From Rhizophagus irregularis (Eukaryota), in the NCBI RefSeq assembly GCF_026210795.1, contig NC_089431.1, positions 930,001 to 994,000 on the forward strand: a stretch of DNA of 64,000 bases. The letters run 5' to 3'. Below, in pieces: positions 54,091-64,000 of this stretch. A model generated the notes under the pieces. It did not search any database and was not told the origin of the DNA. It saw nothing but the letters and a program-made list of their open reading frames with translations. The position numbers and the translations under genes are program-made. Numbering within the stretch: the first letter of the stretch is position 1; the number at the start of each line of letters is the position of its first letter.

Positions 54091-56320
54091 ACTAGTATTT
54101 CTTGGCTTTTTTTGAATATCTTTTTTAACGTGTTTACTACAGTAATTTTAGTTATATGTATAGTACTGTTATTTACTTTATAATAAATGAAAATTTTTAA
54201 AACAAATTTAGTGAACGTAATGTTGTTTTATTAACAGAGCTTAGGCTGCTCAGCTAAATATATACAAAAATATGCATCATGCACATCTGAGCAATACCAA
54301 TCAGAATCAACAATTTTGTCAGCCACACATTTTTATCCTAATCGAATCATTTTAGATAATTTTGTATTATGATTATGGCTAAGATTTTTTTTATACAATT
54401 TAAAAATTGAAGAATATATGGCAACTGGTATTATATCCTTAATTACATAAATTTTATTAGTAGATAATTCAATATTAAAAGTTTAATGTGTACTAACCAA
54501 TATTTATAATTATAAAGTAACTTTTTGTGCTGTCGGTACATAATTTTTAATGGATCTAAACTAGGTTAGTATTGGGTAATAAATAATATTATATACTTTT
54601 CACATGATAAGAGTTTAATCATTTTTAGTTAAGGTCAGAAACACCATGATTGTCCATTGTCCATCTGATTCAGCAATCACTTCTCTATAATTCGTTAAAT
54701 TTTCAATGATATTCGGAATTTTTTCGGTCGCGATTGCATGCGTCCACTATTACTCTATCGGAATAGATACCGAAAACTCTAAAGTGATTTCACTTTATGT
54801 AAAATCGTTAATTATCATTCTCTTATTCTTCATAACTACAGTAAAGATAATCCGTAGTAATCTTCCCGTTTGTTTAAACTTAATATTATGGTGACTTGAA
54901 TAAGTTAATAAAAGTGTATGATGATCGTTCTTTTGCTCTGCAATTACATTGTATTTATAATAATCATTTTTAGATTTAAGTGAATATACTACTTTATTAT
55001 AAAACCTAGTATGAAATTCAATGTACTAGTAAGAGCGAGCCGATTCTTTAAAAAGTACGTTATCGTTTAATAACGTTAAGTATAATCATGTGATAGAATG
55101 GTATGATAGTTGATTAATATTAAAAATCCGATTAATTAATAACTGAAATAATATTATATTATGGAAATAGTATTTATTATCGGTTTACCATGATTACATA
55201 GTAGATTAAATTGTTACTTGTTTCAATAGATGTAATGTTTCTAGAAAAAATTCTTTCAATGTCTCGAATCTCAAGTACCTTCATCATGATATTATATAAA
55301 ATGACCAGTACATTATTTCTATTATACAAATTTTTTAAAGTATTATATATATATCTTATTCCAAGTTGGAAGATTGAATTTATTATTATTATAAAAGTAT
55401 TTTTATTTTGTTAAATTAACGCTTCGTTTATATCATACAGTAATAATAAATAGTTTTTTTTTAGTTTCGATTATAATTAATTTTTCATTTAAAATTAAAT
55501 AGTAACGTTTATATAAAAAAAAATATAACAACCAGCAAAACATTCTTGCTTTTTGATCCGATAGTTGTGAATAGCATGACCTATATATATATATAATTCA
55601 ATACTTTATTTCGTCAATAAACTAATCAATTGTTGCAGGAGAAACCGAATTTTGATTAATTTATTATTCTATTAAACTTACTTTAATGTTAAAAAGAAAT
55701 AAAAAGAAAATTTTAAGATGATATAAATGAACTAATATTTTTCAGGGAATACGATTACAGTTTCAGTATCATGAAAGAGAATATACTTTTTTTTAACCTC
55801 TGTTTCAAAAACAATTTTAGATGGATCAATTAAAGTCTTAGATAACTTAAAGAGAAAAAAAAAATATTTTATTTAAAAATTTATTCAGATAAAAAACTAA
55901 TATGTATAAATGAATCACTTTAAATATATAAAATAAAAATAATAACAAATTTAAAATTTTTTGTTTGTTTGCTGCTAATTTTAAATTTTTCTTAATGCTT
56001 TATATACAAGTAAAATTTTTATCATCATCGCTATTTTGCTAAACATTTTCGATTTCTAACGTTTTTAACGTTTTGTAATCAAAGTTGAGCGTCTCTTTTA
56101 ATTTTTTAACACGTCCCCAATAAATAATATAATTTCTAATATATATATTTTTTTTCGTTTATTTGATCCTGACATAAAAAATTTCCGTTATTAAGATAGT
56201 TAAGATATAATACTAAAGTAAATAAAATATAAGTTAAGTTTAAAATAAAAATTTTTAAATACTAACTTTTAAATTTATTAAATAATATTCTGACTATTCC
56301 CAAAAAAAACTTACTATAAT

Positions 56321-58229
56321 TTAAGACTCATCATTCAAATTATCTTCTTGATTAATTTCGTTGAGGTCTATTATTAAAATAATTAAATAAAATTAAACGA
56401 ATAAAATAATAAATTACTTATTCAAATAAATTATTTTACCTGATTCACTAAATTTTACAATCAAAACATTCCGAAACTATAAATTAAACAATAACATACT
56501 AATGTTAGAATAAAATATAAATTTATAATTAATAATTAATATTAATAATGGTTATACTTACTTAGATTTTCTGATATTGATGGGACATCTATTATTAAAA
56601 AAAAAATTTGATATTGTTAAAAATTGAATAAGATTTTCATCATTAAAATTAAAAATTTACCCGAATTAACTTGAAATGATGATAAATCTGATGAATTTAC
56701 TGGTTCTGGAAGATTTTTGAAATTTAACAGTCTACTTGTATATATTGCTTGAGGATGAGTTATAATACTTTCAGACTTATTTTCAATTGATATATTTTTA
56801 AATTTTTTTTCTTTAATTTTTTCATATTCTCCCATTTGAGAACGAATTTCATTATTATTGAATTTCTTATCTTCTTCATGCCAATTTTTTAATATTTGAT
56901 ACAATTCTTTAGCAGATAGTCTATTTTCTGCTTTAGCATCCCAACATTTCATAATTAAATCTACAAGAAATTTTGGAATATCTTCAGAAATTTTTGGTCT
57001 TAGTCCTTTACATATTTTAATAGCTAAAATATGATCATGAGGAATATCATTAAAAGGAATTTCTTCAGAAAGAAACTCATTCATAATTATTCCAAATGAA
57101 TAAATATCAGCTGCTTTTGTATATTGATATCCACGTAAAACTTCTGGTGCCATATAAGGTAATACTCCATAAACTCCTTCTTTTTTATCTGATTTCTCTT
57201 TATTATTTACTTGTTGACACATTCCTAAATCGCTTATGTATACAGTATTTAATATATTTCCTGAATGAAAGTCTTTATGAACTTTTTCAGCATTATGGAT
57301 ACTTAACAGTCCATTTGCAATTTTTGATAATCTATAAAGTTTATTAATACTACTAGAATTATTTAAATAGAAATTTCTTAAATTTCCATTTTCACAATAT
57401 TTTAAAACCATCATATAATCCTTGGTATTTGGATCTTGTGTTATTCCATAGCAATAAACAATATTCCGAATATAAATCTGAAGATAAGTTTTGATCTAAT
57501 AATTAATATTTTTTTTTTAAAAAAAAAAAGTTTAATAAAATTATAATGACAATTTGTATATATCGCACAATAAATTAATTTTTTTTTTATTTAATTACCT
57601 CATTTATAAAGTCAGTACAAATTTCGGAAGAATTATCCAAACTTTTTAATGCAACTTTACAGTTTTTGACTCTTTCCCATTTTTGATTTTCAATATCCCA
57701 ATACCAAATATATCCTTCAGGCCATTCAGCTGAATAAATTTTACCAAAGCCTCCTCTGGTAATATAAGTAACATTTTGTAAATTCTCAAAAGGTATCCAT
57801 TCAAAGCATTTAAGAAAATATACAGCATTAAGTTGTGAGTATTGTATTAATTCATTAATATCTTTATTTCCACTAGTCCAATTTTTAAAATTTTCTTCAA
57901 ATCTTTTTGCATTACAAGGTTGACACTAATAATCTCCTGTGCCAGGTTCATTACATTTTCCACATATACCATATACTTCTTTTCTTTTTTCTATTTCATC
58001 CATATAGATTACTTTATCATCAATCTCTTCTGATTTGGTAGCTGAATCAATAGTAGAAATTGTAACATGAACCTAAATAATAAGTAGTCAAATATATTTG
58101 TTAATTAAATCATATTATTTATCATAATAAATTACAAATTGAAATTGTATTTACATGATATTTATTCGAATCAACTATTTTCCATAAATTTCTTGGCTTT
58201 TCTTTGGATATCTTTTTTAACGATTCCAT
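56321..58229 (-). pseudogene. TKL protein kinase, array copy B, with an in-frame nonsense codon
   Basis: Same 6-exon layout as copy A. The conserved Trp of WCQPC is TAG at 57928-57926 (ACA GGA GAT TAT TAG TGT CAA CCT). The rest of the frame appears open. Confidence 0.8.
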
Positions 58230-58619
58230 ACTTATCAATTACGAAATAAATGTGTTAACTACAGTAATTTTAGTTATATGTGGTTATTTACTTTATAATT
58301 GAAATTTTTAAAACAAATTTAGTGAACGTAATGTTGTTTTATTTACAGAGCTCAACTAAATATATAAAAATATGCACAACATGTATCATGCACATCTGAG
58401 CAATACCAATCAGAATCAACAATTTTTGCCAGCCACACGTTTTTATCCTAATCGAATCATTGTGGAATTAATAAGGGGTCGTAACTCGTAAAATTTTGTA
58501 TTATCATGGTGGCTAAGATTTTTTTTTTTATTAAATTATGCAATTTACAAATTGACAAATTGAAGAATATATGGTAACTGATATTATCACCTGGCTACTA
58601 ATTGGTATTTAGGATTTTT

Positions 58620-58759
58620 TCCGCCAGTTATAAACTGGCGGACCAATTACTATATCTAGGATGATAAAAAAGTTATTTACTGATCTAGTTTAGTATATAA
58701 ATGGGCCATCATCCTTCGGATGATAACCCATTTATATACTATTAGATTAGTAAATAACT
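58620..58759. other. Double-hairpin block unique to the unit B/C junction
   Basis: TCCGCCAGTT-ATA-AACTGGCGGA (58620-58642), plus a ~40-bp-stem palindrome at 58671-58759 centred on ATCATCC-TTC-GGATGAT. Confidence 0.8.
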
Positions 58760-60244
58760 AATACATACTTTTCACATGATATGAAACGAGATTAATCATT
58801 TTTTAGTTAAGGTCATAAACATCATTGTTCCATTAATCAGACTTCTTTATAATTCGTTAAATTTTCAAATGATATTCAGAATTTTTTTCGGTCACAATTG
58901 CGTAAAGAAAATTACATTATTACGCTATCGGAATAGTAGATGCAAGTGCTTTTCATTCATAATTATAATAAAGGAAATCCGTAGTAATCTTTCCGTTTGT
59001 TTAATATGATGATGATTTGAAATAAGTAATGGGATATGAATGATGTTCTTTTATTTATAATATTGTCATAATAAAGTATTTATAATTAGAAATTGGTTAC
59101 TGTACTTCTATGTTAAGTGTAATACTACTTTCAGTTATAGCGTCTATGTAACTGAATTCAATATAAGAACGGGCGTAATCCCAATTTCATTCCTGATTCT
59201 TTAAAAGGTACGTTATTTTTTTTTTCTTTTTTAAATTTTATTTAATTATTTATAATCATGATAGAGATTAACATAATTTTATAAAATACCTAGAGGTATC
59301 GTCGAAAGGCGATAACCCTATAACTAACCGATCTAATCTAAATGACTATAGTCGTGACTCGTGAGACTAAAAAAAAACTAATTGTGTAAAGTCTACAAAA
59401 TTGATAAACTATTACTAATTATTGCGATTAGTGTGATCAGGTGATTTGTTAACGAAAAAACCGAAAATAACCGAAACCCCTATTCAAAAAGTTATTCCAA
59501 ATAATTAATGGTCAATTGGTTTGTGTTCTGGTCACTTTTAATACAGTAACCACTAATGTAATAATAAGAATTACATGAAAAGAAGTTGGAAATCGATTAT
59601 AGAAATATAGAAAAATCGTTACAGTGACGGCTAAGCATTGTGTAGATCAAATAACATTTATAGTAGTTTATATGTCCACATGATCACATGATCACTTTTC
59701 GCAGCCGATATTTACGATCCATGGTTTAAAGTTTTTTTTTTGAATTTTCTAATATTTTCTTCTGTTTTTGGGTTATAATTTTCTAATCAAATCAATAACT
59801 ATATATATAAAAATTTCTAATACAAATTGTGAAATTAAATAATAGATACATTAAGAAAAATAAAATCTAATTAATTTTCTAATAGGAACGTACGCGAAAT
59901 TAGACAAAAATTCTCCACTTGTCCAGAAATCTGATTCCTTTTCCAAAACAACTTGACCTAATTCGTCCTAAATTTATTTACTCTGTTGAACGTTTATTCG
60001 CTATCAGAGTCGTCTCTGCAACCCTGTATGTCACTATGCGTTTCTTGTTTTCATTCAATTTTTCGGTTTCTGACTCCACAACTTTTTCTTTACCTTTAGA
60101 TACACTTTTTTCTTCTTTTCCGCTTATTTCGTTAATTCGACTACTAAACAGAGTTTAATTGATTAGAATTTTCTACCACATCGTTATTCGGAACCGTGGA
60201 TACTGAAGGATAGTTAACGCATCTACAAATTAGTTGTTCGTAGG

Positions 60245-61020
60245 GAGTGCTCCTAACGGGTCGGGTTGGGTCAGGTTTAAGGGATATTTGAATTCGATTC
60301 GAATATTCATGTGATTCGACTTGAAAATTCGGATCGATCAACCGTGTAACCAAACTTGACTCGACCCGATCATAGTTTAACCCGAATAACCTGGGTCAAA
60401 CTCGAATTTATATTAAATTTATGATCAGCTAAATTAATCGTCATTTTACGCAATTTTTTTACGAAAAATTTTACAATTTTTATTGTAATAATGTTTATTT
60501 ATTAATTAATATAAAATTCAGTTTGGAATCTTGGTAAGTGTGAAAAATCAAAGAAATTTAAACTCATACATGCACGAACAGTTTGTGTTTTAAGGCTGAA
60601 TCATTTTGTTGCCAGTAGATCAGCTCCACCAAAAAAAATTCGTTCTACTGGAACACTTGTTCAATAATATTATCAATAATTGCATACAATAAGCTTATTT
60701 ATCTGTAATAGCCAGATAACCTTGGACGTATTGGAGTCACCAATTTTCCGTAACCAAGTCTTATTAACTCTAGAGTTTTAAAAAGAATTATGAAATAATA
60801 TTAAATATATATTTTAAATTAAATACAATAAAAACTTTTACTTACGAAAACCGCGGCATCCGGGTCACCCGGGTTGATCTGATTCAAAACAACAGTACGA
60901 CCCTAACCCGACGGGTCGGGTCATGCGGGTTACAAGTCATTAAAATGATTAATCCTGATTCGATTCAAAATTCGAGTCGGGTCGATCACCCGGGTCTGAT
61001 CTGACCCGTACGGAGCACTA
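60245..61020 (-). mobile_element. Internally deleted hAT transposon nested in the LINE-like insertion
   Basis: TIRs (G)AGTGCTCCTAACGGGTCGG / CTGACCCGTACGGAGCACTA and many ACCCG/CGGGT subterminal motifs. Minus strand 60660-60559 reads TSVPVERIFFGGADLLATK*FSLKTQTVRACMSL, the hAT C-terminal dimerisation motif. No matching 8-bp TSD. Confidence 0.85.
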
Positions 61021-61035
61021 GTGCGACGTTGTCAG

Positions 61036-61223
61036 CCCCGTAAAAAAAGTCTATCCGTTTTTTTTATATTCCATCTTTTTTCCGTAAAAGGCTCATATTT
61101 CCGGAATTAATAGCCTTATATCACGGAATTTATCAAATTATTTACATTTTCCGTGAATGGATCCGGGAAAGGCTCATTTTTACGTAGTTTTTACAGAAAT
61201 AATGGATAAAATTTTTTATAGGG
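61036..61223. mobile_element. CMC/EnSpm-like MITE (188 bp) nested in the LINE-like insertion
   Basis: CCCCGTAAAAAAAGTCTATCCGTT is inverted to AATGGATAAAATTTTTTATAGGG. Flanks CAG / TAG may be a mutated 3-bp TSD. Confidence 0.65.
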
Positions 61224-63187
61224 TAGACGTCTTTCGATTGCCCGGTTTCCTGAATTTCATCTTGCGCTTTTATTTGTAATCCATTCCCTAAATCCTCTGT
61301 CATTGCTCATTGATACGTGGCCTTGGATAAATCTTGTCCATTATTTAAATACATTAAAATATATTTCACTTTGTTAATTTTAATGGTTTTAGCAAAATGG
61401 CCGCCATATTCTCTAATGTAGTCCTTTATAATCGTGTAGTCGTGTTTCCAATATCTTATTCGCTCAACTTATTAACTGCCTGCCAACTATATCTTTTCTT
61501 TATATCGTTCGATGAAATCTTTTCTTCAAACATTCTAAAGAAATATAAACGTCCATTTTTTGTTATTGGTATATTAGATCCACCCTTTATGAAAATTGAT
61601 TCCATATTATTTGTTAAGCGGATTTTAATCTGGACAGTTTTATATTTGTAGTTTCATTTGACCGTAGACGTTCCACACTTCCACATAACCCACTTGTTCA
61701 TCACATCTCTTCATCTTTCCAATACGCTACGCCGGAAATCATATTATAATCTCAAGTCACGTGAAACACTCGTGAAACGTTGGCAAAATATTTATCCAAA
61801 AGGTACGTTATTGTTTAAACGTTAAGTATATAATGGCATCATTATAGTTGATTCATTTCTTTTAATATTAAAAATCCAATATTAAAAAACTTTAATTAAT
61901 AAATAATATACTATAGAAATAGTAATTATTATAATTTTACCATAGATTGAATGTTACTTTTTTCAACAGATATATGTTTTCTAGAAAAAATCTTTCAATG
62001 GCTCAAATCTCGAAACCCTTGATATCATATAAAATGACTAGTACGATATTATACAAACTTTTTTAAAGTATTATATAATTATTATATATTTTATATTTTA
62101 TTCCAAGTTGGAAGAATAAATTTATTATTTATTATAAAAATATTTTTATTTTATGAGAGTAACGTTCGTTACCTACAGTATAATAAATAGTTTTTTCGTT
62201 TCGATTAAAAATAATTTTTTCATTTATATAATGAAATAATAGCATTTAGTATATAAAAAATACAAATGTTCTTGTTTTTTTTGTAATTTAGTTATTATAT
62301 TTTGATCTGATAGTCATTGAATAGCGTGATCTATATACAATTCAATTGTAAATCAATTAAATTAGGCATTGCATTTTTAATTCTGCCCAAAATTCTACTC
62401 TAATTCTAGTAAGTTGACATTCACCAGCGGTGATATTTAGCAATACTTAATTAAATTAGTGTAAGAGAATTTTATTAAGACAAAATTCTTTAAAAATTCT
62501 TAACTGAACCAAATTTCGATCAATTTATTATTTTTGTCGTGATCATATACAGTATTTTATTAAATTTATTATATTGGAAAGAGATAAAAGAAAATTATAA
62601 GATGATAAATGAACTAATATTTTTCTCGGATATGATTGTAAATTTCTGTTTCATAAAAGAAAATTTTTTTTAACTCGTACCTCAAAATAAATTAAGCAAA
62701 GTCTAGATAACTTAAGAAGAAACAAAAAAATATTTTATTTAATATTTATTCAAATAAAAAAACTAATAATAAATATATAAAAATAAATCACTTTTAAATA
62801 TAAAAATAATAGATTTAAAATTATGTTTGTTTACTACAACTAATTTTGAAGTAGTTTTCTTAATGCTTAATAGATCAGCTACTAACCCAAGTAACATTTT
62901 TTGTCATCATATCAGAAATTCTATTTATCAAACATTTCGCTTTCTAACGTTTCTAACGTTTTGTAATCAAAGTTGAGCGTCTCTTTTTAACATTTTAACA
63001 CAATCCCAATAAATAATATAATTTCTAATATATACATTTTTTCGCTTATTTAATCCTGACAAAAAATTTCCACTAAGTTATAATACTAAAGTAAATAAAA
63101 TATAAACTAAGTTAATAAAAATTTTACTTTTAAATTTATTAAATAATATTCTGACTATTCCCAAAAAAAACCTACTATAATTTAAGA

Positions 63188-64000
63188 TTAATCATTCAAA
63201 TTACTATCATCTTCTTGATTAATTTCGTTGAGATCTATTATTAAAATAATTAAATAAAATTAGACGAATAAAATAATAAATTACTTCAAATAAATTATTT
63301 TACCTGATTTACTAAATTTTACAATCAAAACATTCTGAAACTATAAATTAAACAATAACATAGTGTTAGAATAAAATGTAAATTTATAATTAATATTAAT
63401 AATAATTATACTTACTTATATTTGCTGATACTGATGGAATATCATCTATTATTAAAAAAAATTGATATCGTTAAAACTCGAATAAGATTTTTTCATAATT
63501 AAAATTAAAAATAAAATTTACCCGAATTAACTTGAAATGATGATAAATCCGATGAGTTTACAGGTTCTGGAAGATTTTTGAAACTTAAAAATCTACTTGT
63601 GTATACTGCTTGAGGATGAGTTTTAATACTTTCAGACTTATTGTCATTCGATCTGTTTTTCAATGTTTTTTCTCTAATTTTTCTATTATATTTATCCATT
63701 TGAGTACGAATTTCACTACTGAGTTTCTCGTCTTCTTTATCCCATTTTTTTAATATTTGATACAATTCTTTAGCAGATGGTCTATTTTCTGTTTTAGCAT
63801 CCCAACATTTCATAATTAAATCTACAAGAAATTTTGGAATATCTTCAGAAATTTTTGGTCTTAGTCCTTTACATATTTTAACAGCTAAAATATGATCATG
63901 AGGAATATCATTAAAAGGAATTTCTTCAGAAAGAAACTCATTCATAATTATTCCAAATGAATAAATATCAGCTGCTTTTGTATATTGATGCCCACGTAAA
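63188..64000 (-). CDS. TKL protein kinase, array copy C, 3' part (5' end beyond the window)
   Basis: DIYSFGIIMNEFLSEEIPF...CWDAKTENRPSAKEL...THPQAVYTSRFL, followed by three short terminal exons homologous to copy A. Stop TAA at 63190-63188. Intactness cannot be judged. Confidence 0.8.

Larger units (their letters stand above)
59218..61797 (-). mobile_element. Non-autonomous LINE-like retroinsertion (~2.6 kb including nested elements) with 15-bp TSD and poly(A) tail
   Basis: AAAAGGTACGTTATT occurs at 59203-59217 and 61798-61812. A poly-T run directly follows the left copy. The paralogous sites at ~50537 and ~55050 are empty. A broken minus-strand ORF reads YKYKTVQIKIRLTNNMESIFIKGG...DYIREYGGHFAKTIKINKVKYIL (ORF1-like). 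Confidence 0.85.
50011..64000. repeat. Tandem segmental duplication, ~4.2-kb unit each containing a TKL kinase; at least 3 units
   Basis: The same non-coding landmarks recur, e.g. TTTTCACATGATA...GTTAAGGTCA at ~50056, ~54597 and ~58768, and AAAGTTGAGCGTCTC at ~51977, ~56081 and ~62969. Each is followed by a paralogous kinase. Confidence 0.93.

Noticed and set aside
59919..61651. ORF-track ORFs inside the LINE-like insertion as genes
   Set aside because: They are antisense to the ORF1-like relic or span the hAT TIR junction.
1..64000. tRNA, rRNA or bacterial endosymbiont DNA
   Set aside because: No cloverleaf or rRNA-like sequence was recognised. Most genes have spliceosomal introns and gene density is low.

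Overview
Very AT-rich eukaryotic DNA with short GT-AG introns. The gene content (F-box/LRR genes, expanded tyrosine-kinase-like kinases, MGxxxS SAM-methyltransferases) points to an arbuscular mycorrhizal fungus (Glomeromycota, Rhizophagus-like); this is an inference from gene families, not a database match. From left to right the window holds: the 3' end of an APC amino-acid permease, an F-box/LRR gene, about 6 kb of CpG-depleted transposon debris, a MOT1-type molybdate transporter, a 40-bp minisatellite, an FAH-domain gene, a TKL kinase, a minus-strand run of lipid/membrane genes (APP1 phosphatidate phosphatase, serine palmitoyltransferase small subunit, an orphan, a CC2D1/Lgd-like DM14-C2 protein, promethin/LDAF1), a second F-box/LRR gene, three tandem putatively myristoylated methyltransferases, and a tandem array of ~4.2-kb kinase units. 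In that array copy A looks intact, copy B carries a single nonsense codon, and copy C runs off the window end. The units can be aligned to each other and reveal unit-specific insertions: a 389-bp TA-flanked MITE, a double-hairpin block, and a 2.6-kb RT-less LINE-like insertion with a 15-bp TSD and a poly(A) tail that carries nested hAT and CMC-like elements. No rRNA, tRNA or CRISPR array was seen. Exon boundaries were read by eye.
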